The notes beneath the pieces are model-generated. The model was not told the DNA's origin. It saw nothing but the letters and a program-made list of their open reading frames with translations, and ran no database searches. Below, piece by piece: positions 47,903 to 55,987 of a stretch of DNA of 64,000 nucleotides; positions within the stretch are counted from its first letter, which is position 1; every line of letters starts with the position of its first letter. Made by a program: the position numbers and the translations under genes. This DNA is from a virus (Duplodnaviria; Caudoviricetes): positions 8,557 to 72,556 of the IMG/VR virus record IMGVR_UViG_3300042852_000025; one strand, given 5' to 3'.

Positions 47903-48253
47903 TCAGCCCCGCCGTAGAATTTTGCTGTCGTAGATCCGAACTTCGTCCGGGTCCAGGCCGGTCGACTGCATCAGCAGCACCGGTTGCGGTTCGACGGTGT
48001 AGGCAATTTTTGAGCGGACCATGATGGTTTCGCGGGTCAGTTCGAAACGCACCCAGCCGCAGGTGGTGGCCTGTTTGATGAACTCGGCGGGGCCGCGGCC
48101 ATCGGCGGCCATGCCGTCCGTGACCAGGCTCAGCCCGGAGAGGATTTCCAGCCATTCCGCAAACGCCCGCCAGCCACACAACACGGCGGGGTTGAAGGGC
48201 AGTTTGATCAGGCTGGCGGCGAGTTTCTGGAACGCTTCTTCTTCGGCAGACAT
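47903..48253 (-). CDS. hypothetical protein
   Basis: ATG at 48253 (MSAEEEAFQK); ends 2 nt before putative terS. Confidence 0.55.
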   Translation of the reverse strand: MSAEEEAFQKLAASLIKLPFNPAVLCGWRAFAEWLEILSGLSLVTDGMAADGRGPAEFIKQATTCGWVRFELTRETIMVRSKIAYTVEPQPVLLMQSTGLDPDEVRIYDSKILRRG

Positions 48254-48397
48254 GCCGGAGCCGCGCCCCGTGCGAGAGATCACACTGGTTTGAGACAAGG
48301 TAGAGCCCCCAAGGTCGCAAAACCCGAGTGCTACAGTGTCCATGTGGACGACGGGCCTGTAATCAGGCCTCTGGCTGTAACCTGCACCCGGCTTGAC

Positions 48398-48417
48398 TTG
48401 CCTCAAATACGAGGCAA
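48398..48417. promoter_or_regulatory. palindromic operator TTGCCTC-N6-GAGGCAA
   Basis: perfect 7-bp arms in a divergent intergenic region; 18/20 copy at 53712-53731. Confidence 0.65.
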
Positions 48418-48470
48418 GGTATCTCCCAGTATAGGTGCGGTTGCGTTTTACTCGGTCCAGGAGGGCTGAA

Positions 48471-48725
48471 ATGGGAGAAGTGCGGAAACCCGACACGGTG
48501 GTTCGGGTTCGGCGTAACGGCAGCGCCACCAAGATTGAACTGTTTGCAGCGCTACAGTTTCCGACCGAAGAATTTGATAACTGCGACGGCGAGCCCGTCA
48601 TCCTGAACCAGCGCGGCCGGTACTACCGGGTACGGATTGACGGGGTTTGGATGCCCCTCGGTTCAAAGCGGTTGTACACCCAAACCCAGTGCCACGAACT
48701 CATCAGAGGGGCAATGTTCGAATGA
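48471..48725 (+). CDS. hypothetical protein
   Basis: GGAGG SD, 84 aa. Confidence 0.65.
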   Translation: MGEVRKPDTVVRVRRNGSATKIELFAALQFPTEEFDNCDGEPVILNQRGRYYRVRIDGVWMPLGSKRLYTQTQCHELIRGAMFE

Positions 48726-49111
48726 GAATCAGCGACTATGTGGCACTGAAAATAGCGGTGCCGGGCTGTGGGTTGTTCAAGGCCTGGCGGACCATGGTGT
48801 GGGCCATTTGGGCGCTGCTGGTCAAGTCCGAAAGCTTTCGGGTGGAGGGGCAGGAAGAACCGATCGAACTGGGGGCGGGCGGCGGGCAGGTGTGGCGTTT
48901 GCTTAGCGGGCTGTTGGGGGTCGTGATGGGCGCGCTCAAGGCCGTGAGCGCCGTGTTCGGCATTGCCTTGCTGCTGGTTTACCTGACGCTGTCACCCTTG
49001 GGTATGGTGCTGATGCGCCTGACGGCGCGGTACCTGGTATGGCGCAACCAGCGCCGCCGCGCCAAGCTGTTGGCCAAGGCGCGGGAAGGGTTGGAGCCGC
49101 GTCAGTCGTAG
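48722..49111 (+). CDS. membrane protein
   Basis: ATGA coupling; long hydrophobic segments. Confidence 0.65.
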   Translation: MRISDYVALKIAVPGCGLFKAWRTMVWAIWALLVKSESFRVEGQEEPIELGAGGGQVWRLLSGLLGVVMGALKAVSAVFGIALLLVYLTLSPLGMVLMRLTARYLVWRNQRRRAKLLAKAREGLEPRQS

Positions 49112-49113
49112 CC

Positions 49114-49141
49114 ACAATTCATAATTCACAATTCACAATTC
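49114..49141. repeat. heptamer tandem repeat (A[C/T]AATTC)x4
   Basis: ACAATTC ATAATTC ACAATTC ACAATTC between convergent genes. Confidence 0.9.
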
Positions 49142-49153
49142 ATGTTCTGTGGT

Positions 49154-49522
49154 TCAGTGCCCGGTCTGCCCTTCGGGGCGGGACATCAGATGGGCAAGGC
49201 GCTGCGAGGCGTACTGGTCAATTTCAGTCAGGATCGCGTCGATCCACTGTTGCGGCGCATCGCCGCCCTCGTTGAACTTGTTCAGCATCACTTTCATCAG
49301 CGTCTGACAGATCGCGTACTGCGCCTGTTCGGTTTCGCGGACCTGGTCCGCCGAGGCGTTGGGTGGGATACACCCCGCCCGGTAGGCGGCGATGAGGTCC
49401 GCGATCGACTGCGCACCCGCAAGTATCCCTTGCATCTGGTTCATGCGGCGCAGCGTTTCGGGGTTCTGCGCCGCGCTTTCGCGTATCCGGCGCAGCATCG
49501 CTTCTTTGTCTTCTAGATCCAT
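49154..49522 (-). CDS. hypothetical protein
   Basis: 122 aa, AAGGA SD; IP.NAS.DQV.ET..A.YA motif. Confidence 0.7.
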   Translation of the reverse strand: MDLEDKEAMLRRIRESAAQNPETLRRMNQMQGILAGAQSIADLIAAYRAGCIPPNASADQVRETEQAQYAICQTLMKVMLNKFNEGGDAPQQWIDAILTEIDQYASQRLAHLMSRPEGQTGH

Positions 49523-50085
49523 GTGGGTCGTCCTTTGCAGGTATGTGCGCCCGTCTCAGCCCCCGCTTTACGGCTGAGCCAAGATCCGTAGGAGGCCCTA
49601 TTGTCACACTGCTCCTTGCGGGTAGCCCAGTGACAATTTCCGGGTTCGTAGTTTTTGGAGCTGTTCTTGCGGTCTATCGAATAACCCGGGCCTGGACAAC
49701 GCCCCACGTCCTCCAGAAAAGCCTCAAAGGAATTCGCCCAGCGCTCACACACAGAAATACCTAAGTCGCCCCAGTATTTCGCGGTGGACCTGCCCGGCTC
49801 ACACCTGCTTTTCATGTTTTGCCATGAACTGTACTCGGGGCTTATTCTTCGTGCGCCGGTTGGGTGTCCGTGCCCGTGCGTTGTTTTGGCGGCTCTCGCC
49901 CTTTCGACCTGGTAGCACCCGCAACTTTCGGTATGCCTCGCCTTTAAATGGCATGCTGCAACTTCAGGGAGCGCACCACATCGGCACAGGCAAACCCAAA
50001 TAGCGTTCCCACTCTTTGTTGCCGAGTAAGAAATGGCCAGTAAGTGGCCGAATATTTTTCCGCTCAAATCAGCTCGCACCGGCAT
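49513..50085 (-). CDS. HNH-type free-standing (homing) endonuclease
   Basis: DLSGK.FG.L...W.C.C.CG...SCGC; W..MK.RC; SIDRKN...NYEPGNC.WAT..EQ..NR; lower GC. Confidence 0.85.
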   Translation of the reverse strand: MPVRADLSGKIFGHLLAISYSATKSGNAIWVCLCRCGALPEVAACHLKARHTESCGCYQVERARAAKTTHGHGHPTGARRISPEYSSWQNMKSRCEPGRSTAKYWGDLGISVCERWANSFEAFLEDVGRCPGPGYSIDRKNSSKNYEPGNCHWATRKEQCDNRASYGSWLSRKAGAETGAHTCKGRPTWI

Positions 50086-50098
50086 GTCAAAGCTCCGT

Positions 50099-50680
50099 TT
50101 AAATCGCCACCCGGTTATTGATCCACCCAAAGATAAACGCCTTATTTTTGGCTCTCGCCTCGGTGCGGCCGAGGTAATACACCGCCTGCTGGGAGTTGAT
50201 CAGGGCCAGCAGGCAGTGTTCGCCCTGTGCCTTGCGCAACGCCAGAAAGGCGTCCAGGGCAATAAAACTCTGCGGCCCCAGGTTGCCGTCCGGCTCCAGC
50301 TGAGGGTAGTTTACCTTACCGTCGCCGTCCGGGTCGTTCAGTGCGTTGAGCGCACGCTGCAGGAACGTCGCGGCCTGACCCGGCGGCAGGTTGACCTCGA
50401 TTTCAAACAGCTCGGCGGCCAGTCGGTGGCTGCGCAGCAGCACCTCGTCGAAGTGCGGCTTGACGAAGTAGTTGCGCAGGTACAGCAACTCGGCGCTGTC
50501 GCGGGGGTAGTCTTTCATCGCCCCCTTGTAGCCGTCAGCGCGGGCCACTGCCTCGGTCACGCCGAATCTCGTTGAACCCCCGGCGTCATTCGCATCAATC
50601 TTGCCGCCGCCGTCCCCCTCGATGCCGATCAGCTCGGCAATGATCTTGTCGATTTCCGGTGTGCGTGTGATCAGTGCCAT
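50099..50680 (-). CDS. endolysin, glycoside hydrolase family 108 with peptidoglycan-binding domain
   Basis: EG...D.GG.T.FGVT; LQRALN; DG.LGP.S; F.FGW..NR. Confidence 0.9.
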   Translation of the reverse strand: MALITRTPEIDKIIAELIGIEGDGGGKIDANDAGGSTRFGVTEAVARADGYKGAMKDYPRDSAELLYLRNYFVKPHFDEVLLRSHRLAAELFEIEVNLPPGQAATFLQRALNALNDPDGDGKVNYPQLEPDGNLGPQSFIALDAFLALRKAQGEHCLLALINSQQAVYYLGRTEARAKNKAFIFGWINNRVAI

Positions 50681-50707
50681 GGTGTCGCCCCTTTCTTATT
50701 GTTTTGG

Positions 50708-50992
50708 TTATTGCACGATCGCGATTTCAACCCACTCGCTGCGCAGCTTCACGTCAGGCCCGAACTCGATGACGACCTGTAGCCAGTAGCTGCCATAGAG
50801 CGGCATGTCCCCGACTTTTGTGGTGTAACGCACCACCCCCGTTCCCGCGTTCAGCACCGTCAAAGCGGACGTAATGGTCACTCCTGCGGCATCACGAATG
50901 TCCAGGGACAGTGCGGTCTTGTCGGTCAGATCCACCCCCACTGTGATGTCGATGTCGATGCCGTAGGTGTTGCGAAAAATCCTGATAGTCAT
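50708..50992 (-). CDS. small Ig-like virion protein
   Basis: DLT....L.I...G.V.YTT..GD....G.Y.LQ pattern. Confidence 0.65.
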   Translation of the reverse strand: MTIRIFRNTYGIDIDITVGVDLTDKTALSLDIRDAAGVTITSALTVLNAGTGVVRYTTKVGDMPLYGSYWLQVVIEFGPDVKLRSEWVEIAIVQ

Positions 50993-51004
50993 GGGGCGCT
51001 CCAC

Positions 51005-52708
51005 TTAGGCGATGTCGACCGTGACGCTGAAACCGGCGCTGGTCGTCGTGCTAACAACGAGGGGGAGGACTGGCACGGCCCCGGCCACGGCCACTGACGT
51101 GAGCACACCCGCAGTAGCTGTGAATTCGGCAGGGGGCAGCACCACCAGAGCGGTGAGCCTGGCTGTCACTGCGTTATGGCTGTAAGGGTTGCTCTTGAGT
51201 GCGATCCGCGTGGTCAAAACGGCCGCAGCCCCTGTCTGGTCCAGCAGGGCGGCGCGCAAACCCGCGATCGCCGCCGCCAGCCTGGCAGTCGCCACGCTTT
51301 GGCTACTGGCGTCGACCTTGAGCAGGATCTGCGTGCCGAGGCTTGCCGTTGCATTGGCTTGGCCAGCCAAGGCCGCGAGCAGCCCGATCTGTGTGGTGAG
51401 CCTTGCGGTCGCGGCGACCTGCGCACTCACCGTGGCGACCATGTTGTCGTGCGTGGTGAGGCGGGCCGTGGCTGCACTGACGCCGGAGGCACTCGCCTGC
51501 AGCGGAATCGCGGTGGTGAGCGCGGCGCCCACCGACACTTGGCCAGCGGCGGCGGCCTTTGGATTAATCACTGTGGTGAAGGCGGCACTCACCGTTGTCG
51601 AGCTACTGGCGGCGGCTTTCGGACGGATCGCCGTGGTGAAGGTTGCGCTAGCCGTTGTCGAGATACTGCCGTCAGCCTTGGTGTGGATCGCGGTGGTGAT
51701 GGCAGCACTGGCCGTCGCCGTACTGCTACCGGCGGCCTTCGGACGGATCGCCGTGGTAATGGCGGCGCTGAGAGTGGCTGCACTGCTACCGTTCGCTTTC
51801 GGACGGATCGCGGTGGTGAAAGCGGCACTCACCGTTGTCGTGCTACTGCCGTTCGCCTTCGGGTGGATTGCCGTCGTCAACGCCGAAGTTGTGGTTACGT
51901 GACCGGCAGCGTTCGCCTTCGGACGGATCGCCGTGGTCAACGCCGAAGTTGCGGTCACCTGGTCGGCAGCGTTGGCCTTCGGGTGGATCGCCGTGGTCAG
52001 CGCCGCCGTGCGCGAACACACGCTGCTCAGCGCCGCCGCCAAATGGGCGGCTGTGGATTTGAAGCTCAGGTTGTCGTCGAGGTCGAGGAAGCTCGCGTGG
52101 TTGCTGACCGTGGCGTTCAGCGTGGCGTTTTCTGTGGTGCCGTCGAAAAAGAAGTTCGCCGTATAGGCCGCGGCAGTGCCTTGCAAAAGCGCCGGCCATA
52201 CCTCGCAGATCAGCACATCGCCGTCGAGTGCGCTGACCGTCGTGCCGGGCGAGGTGGCAGAACCCCAGTCGACTTTCTCGGTGTTGGCTGCAGAGGGTGC
52301 TGCAGCGCCCGAGACAGCCGTGGTTGTCCCGGGACCGTCAAACAGCATTCCCACCACCGCACCGGTGGACGGGCGCCACACGTACAGGCAGGTAGACAGG
52401 TACTGGCCCAGGTTCATCTGAGTGTTTGACTGGGTTAACGCGACGTTCAACCGGAAAACGCAGCTCAAGGTTTGGTTGCCGTTCAACGGGGGGCTGGTGA
52501 ATATCCCCATGAACGGCAGTTGCAGGGAGGTGTTTGCCAGCGAGGTGCCGGACAGCGATGTCTGCGCGGTGCCGATGGTGGTATCCATCTTGCGCAGGGT
52601 GCTGGCGCCGGTGGCGCTCCAGCTCGGCGTAGCCGAGGACTGCTCACCTGTCGGAAAGGTGCCCGTCAGGGCGTGAGAGGCCGCGTGCAAATACAGTTTC
52701 GTTGTCAT
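51005..52708 (-). CDS. Ala/Thr-rich fibre-like virion protein with 20-aa repeats
   Basis: repeated LTTAI(R/H)PKA.. units. Confidence 0.75.
   Translation of the reverse strand: MTTKLYLHAASHALTGTFPTGEQSSATPSWSATGASTLRKMDTTIGTAQTSLSGTSLANTSLQLPFMGIFTSPPLNGNQTLSCVFRLNVALTQSNTQMNLGQYLSTCLYVWRPSTGAVVGMLFDGPGTTTAVSGAAAPSAANTEKVDWGSATSPGTTVSALDGDVLICEVWPALLQGTAAAYTANFFFDGTTENATLNATVSNHASFLDLDDNLSFKSTAAHLAAALSSVCSRTAALTTAIHPKANAADQVTATSALTTAIRPKANAAGHVTTTSALTTAIHPKANGSSTTTVSAAFTTAIRPKANGSSAATLSAAITTAIRPKAAGSSTATASAAITTAIHTKADGSISTTASATFTTAIRPKAAASSSTTVSAAFTTVINPKAAAAGQVSVGAALTTAIPLQASASGVSAATARLTTHDNMVATVSAQVAATARLTTQIGLLAALAGQANATASLGTQILLKVDASSQSVATARLAAAIAGLRAALLDQTGAAAVLTTRIALKSNPYSHNAVTARLTALVVLPPAEFTATAGVLTSVAVAGAVPVLPLVVSTTTSAGFSVTVDIA
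51280..52010. repeat. degenerate 60-bp tandem repeat (coding)
   Basis: TTCGG(A/G)(C/T)GGAT(C/T)GC(C/G)GT(G/C)GT recurs every 60 bp. Confidence 0.8.
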
Positions 52709-52747
52709 CCCTACACCTCGACGGCCCCTCGACGAAGGTGGAGTGGA

Positions 52748-53188
52748 TTAGTTGTCGATCTGGAACGTCAGGTCGCCGATGGCAAACACTGGAGCCGGGT
52801 CACCGTTGTTGACCGTCTTGCTGACCGTCAGTGCGCTGTAGAACAGCATGTTGCCCGAGGTCGACGCATCCATCACGGCCATACCGGTCACCGTGCCCCA
52901 GTTGGCGGTCGGTGTCGGAAAGGTGATCGCGGCGTTGTTCGACGTGGTGCCGCCGGTGCCGCTGGACGCGGTCGTGCTGCCCGCACTTTGCGTGCCGGCC
53001 CAGTTGGCCAGGCTGTTGGTCACCGCGACTCGCGCATAACTGCCGCCGGTGGCCTCGGTGCCCCCCGAGGTATCGGTAGGGTTCGCTGTAAACAGGGCGA
53101 TGTAGAGCGTGCTCGGAAAGGTGTAGGCCTGGTTACGAAACAGCTGGTCGATCAGCTTGTTTTCCAGGTAGTCGGTCATTGCGCCCAT
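52748..53188 (-). CDS. phage virion (fibre-associated) protein
   Basis: DYLENK..D..F...YIALFT..P...E..GG.YARV...ITFP.PT..WGTVT...DA.T.GN.L motif. Confidence 0.8.
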   Translation of the reverse strand: MGAMTDYLENKLIDQLFRNQAYTFPSTLYIALFTANPTDTSGGTEATGGSYARVAVTNSLANWAGTQSAGSTTASSGTGGTTSNNAAITFPTPTANWGTVTGMAVMDASTSGNMLFYSALTVSKTVNNGDPAPVFAIGDLTFQIDN

Positions 53189-53319
53189 GAAGCACCCCAA
53201 AGTAGGTCGTGTGAAGAACGCGGTCCTACGTTGGGGCCGCTTGCATTAAAGCGTAGGTTACGACCCCGGATTTCGCTTAAATTTCATAGCGCTAGGGGTC
53301 TAAACCAGCACTCTTGGAC

Positions 53320-53610
53320 CTACGCCGCGTGTTGCGCAGTGACCACCGCCGTGAGTTGGCCAACCCGTTCCGCCAGGCGGGACAGGCGCTGCTCAAAGAT
53401 GTGCTCAAACTCGCCTTTGCCTTCCTCGCGCAGGGCGGTCAGGGCGTCGGCCATGGTCATCGGTACGATCAACGCATGGGTGCTGTCAGGCAGGCTGGCC
53501 AGGTGGGCCTGGGCTTCGTCGCGGTGGGTGTAAACCCCCGCCACCACAACGGATTGACGTACTTCGTCCAGCCGGTAAAGCACCAGCGCTTCAAGGGTGA
53601 TTTCGCTCAT
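53320..53610 (-). CDS. hypothetical protein
   Basis: 96-aa ORF. Confidence 0.6.
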   Translation of the reverse strand: MSEITLEALVLYRLDEVRQSVVVAGVYTHRDEAQAHLASLPDSTHALIVPMTMADALTALREEGKGEFEHIFEQRLSRLAERVGQLTAVVTAQHAA

Positions 53611-53711
53611 GGGGAGACCTATGCGGATAATCAGCTCGGCCGTCTTCGGTTAGGTGAAACACTCGCGGCCTTGGGTTAAAGACTAGGCGAGGATCGCGAA
53701 AAAATTTTACG

Positions 53712-53731
53712 TTGCTTCGTTTTTGAGGCAA
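53712..53731. promoter_or_regulatory. palindromic operator (second copy)
   Basis: TTGCTTC-GTTTTT-GAGGCAA. Confidence 0.6.
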
Positions 53732-53902
53732 CAGAGGCCTCAAAAGCGGGTGTTTTGCCCCCCTTTGAAACTTTTTTCACTATTTTTTCGATTGTGCTGG
53801 GAACCTTTCCTGACAAGGCTTTGGCGCCATGGATTGTCCGACAAACGGTGTTTTTCGATGGCACTTTTGTGAATGTCAAGGGGGGTAAAGACGGATGCTT
53901 GG

Positions 53903-53932
53903 TTGTCTTTTTACCTAAATGCTCCGTATCCT
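53903..53932 (+). promoter_or_regulatory. sigma70-type promoter (candidate)
   Basis: TTGTCT-18nt-TATCCT. Confidence 0.5.
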
Positions 53933-53944
53933 ATTGACCGTAAA

Positions 53945-54057
53945 CGAAAAAGCCCCCGCTGTTTAGGCGAGGGCTTTTCGGACTGGTGGGTATTGCAAGT
54001 ACCGCCAGCCAAGGTCTCGGGGAATTCTGCTTAAACGGGCGGGATACGAGACCGGGT
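53945..54057 (-). ncRNA. putative ~110-nt antisense RNA
   Basis: promoter at 54093-54064; three stem-loops; ends in GCCCUCGC/GCGGGGGC-UUUUU terminator. Confidence 0.6.
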
Positions 54058-54063
54058 CTAAAA

Positions 54064-54093
54064 AGTATACGCGAAAATTGATCGCGTGTTCAA
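54064..54093 (-). promoter_or_regulatory. sigma70 promoter of antisense RNA
   Basis: TTGAAC-18nt-TATACT on the - strand. Confidence 0.65.
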
Positions 54094-54662
54094 CCATGCC
54101 CGTCTCACCCCCGTAACCCTTCCATTGCGCGTCTGGATCAAGATGGGGCGTTCGTTCGCCTATTGGGCCGCAGTGCGTAAAACCACCCACAAGGGGATCT
54201 TCTCAGGGTGGTCGGTATAGCCGGGAGGTACGAACCTGGAAACAGGTCGGGAAGGCAATGGCAGGGCGGCGTATTACCCAGACACAGGCGCCGTCGACTG
54301 TCCCAAAACCTACCCCCGCCGTGCGCCGAGAAGGGCCGAGGGCGCTTGTAACGCATAACCTCGAAAGCGCGGAACGCCAGCTGGGAGTGGGAGCCGGGAA
54401 ACCGGGATTTCCCCATTGCGTGGAGTTGTGTGAAAGGCCTTTTTTCAGGGGCTGGACGCAGGGGCTCGCACGCCAGTGGGAGCAAGAAGGGGGCCAGCTT
54501 TCGGCGGCCCTTGCAAGCGCTCTAACCCCCACCTCGGGGAACGAACAGGGGTCTGAACGATTTAATAATATTACGGTTAGCATCTGTTCAGATTTGTACG
54601 AGAAATGTAACGTGCTGTGCCCAGTACCAGGACAAATCCCAAAAACAACAAGGAGAAGGACA

Positions 54663-54857
54663 ATGTTGATTCTGACCCGCCGCATTCACGAAACCATCAT
54701 CGTTGGCGACGACATCCGCATCACAGTGCTTGGTGTCAGCGGCCTGCAGGTGCGCATCGGCATTGATGCGCCCAAGGGCATCGAGGTCCATCGCGAGGAA
54801 ATCTACAACCGCATTCAGGCCGAAAAAGCTGAACTCGCGAATGTGGACCTAGACTGA
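54663..54857 (+). CDS. csrA: CsrA/RsmA translational regulator
   Basis: [47 protein letters not shown]. Confidence 0.95.
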   Translation: MLILTRRIHETIIVGDDIRITVLGVSGLQVRIGIDAPKGIEVHREEIYNRIQAEKAELANVDLD

Positions 54858-54887
54858 ACGGATAGCTTCATCACAGGGAGTCGCCGC

Positions 54888-55496
54888 TTGAACACGCCTA
54901 CCCAACACAGCACCCCGAAAGGGCTGTACCAGTACGTCGGCAAAGACGACACCTACGAGTTGCTGGGTGACTGCATTGGCGCCGGTACCGATCGGGGCCA
55001 CGACACCAAAATCTACCGCAACATCCACACCGGACAGTTGCACAGCCGGTTTGCCGATGACTTCGAAAACCGTTTGGTTCGTATCGGTGAGCGGGTTGAG
55101 TTTTCCTACAGTGAGGCTCCCCAACCCTACAACTCCGGTCATCAGATCGAAGGGGTGGACCGCTGCCACACCGTGCAGGAAATGATTCACTCCCTGCTCG
55201 ATGCACACCCGGCGGTGCTGAAATCGGGAGCCGCCCCGTTGATCGAGCAAGCCCGCACGGCCATCTTTCAGGCCCATCAGCTGATCGGTCTGATGGACGA
55301 CACCGTCGTTTCCAGCGGTGAAGACGACACCGATCTGCTGCGCGAAGCGCTTGAGCTTTTCGAGTACGTCACCTGGCACGATGGCCGCTACCGTCAAGAG
55401 TCCAGTTTGAAGTTTCAGACCCCGGCGCAGAAGTTGGTGAGCCGGCTGGCCGAACGCCTCGGGGTTGTGCCGTATCAGTCGCTCAAACAAGAGTAA
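54888..55496 (+). CDS. hypothetical mosaic protein
   Basis: GGGAG SD, TTG start; appears to join several small phage domains. Confidence 0.65.
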   Translation: MNTPTQHSTPKGLYQYVGKDDTYELLGDCIGAGTDRGHDTKIYRNIHTGQLHSRFADDFENRLVRIGERVEFSYSEAPQPYNSGHQIEGVDRCHTVQEMIHSLLDAHPAVLKSGAAPLIEQARTAIFQAHQLIGLMDDTVVSSGEDDTDLLREALELFEYVTWHDGRYRQESSLKFQTPAQKLVSRLAERLGVVPYQSLKQE

Positions 55497-55507
55497 GGGA
55501 CTACGAC

Positions 55508-55954
55508 TTGAAATCACTTCGCTGGTTTTTCACCTCGCATATTTTCTTAGCCCTGATCGCGGTCCAGGTTTTCGTCCAGGTGTGGTCGAAGGTCGTGGAC
55601 ATGCCGATCCTCGGGCTGTTCCTCACCCTCTGGCTGTCCTGGAAGCTCGGCTGTTTGGCGGGCTGGGCCGATTTCCAGCAACGTGGGATCGACCATGCGC
55701 GCTTGGTGGCCAAGGACATCGCCCAGCTGCAGGAGGGCTTCGAGGGTCAGCCCGAAGACGTGCGCCTGGCGATGGCCGTGCCGCATTCCCGGGCGCTGGA
55801 GTCGCTGACGTGGCTGCACCAACGGCTGGTCGCGCAGCTCAACACCCCCTACGTCCCCACGCGATTGCGTGACGTGCTGCCGTCGCCCACCCGTTGGCTG
55901 GCCCGCCGCCGCGAGCGCCAGATCATGGCGACGGACAAGGTGCAGCACCCCTGA
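55508..55954 (+). CDS. membrane protein
   Basis: two N-terminal TM segments. Confidence 0.6.
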   Translation: MKSLRWFFTSHIFLALIAVQVFVQVWSKVVDMPILGLFLTLWLSWKLGCLAGWADFQQRGIDHARLVAKDIAQLQEGFEGQPEDVRLAMAVPHSRALESLTWLHQRLVAQLNTPYVPTRLRDVLPSPTRWLARRRERQIMATDKVQHP

Positions 55955-55987
55955 ACCACGGACACAAAAAACAACAAGGATGCCCCC

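Larger units (their letters stand above)
53940..54600 (+). ncRNA. putative long structured RNA or leader (ColE1 RNA II-like layout)
   Basis: dense stem-loops with GNRA loops and G-U pairs; no convincing ORF; upstream promoter. Confidence 0.5.

Noticed and set aside
54172-54420. Possible group II intron (GTGCG start, GAGCCG..GAAA hairpin)
   Set aside because: No proper domain V helix or domain VI, no RT, and no interrupted gene
54258-54662. 135-aa in-frame N-terminal extension of CsrA
   Set aside because: A strong SD sits directly before ATG 54663, CsrA proteins begin MLILTR, and the extension overlaps the hairpin-rich region with atypical composition
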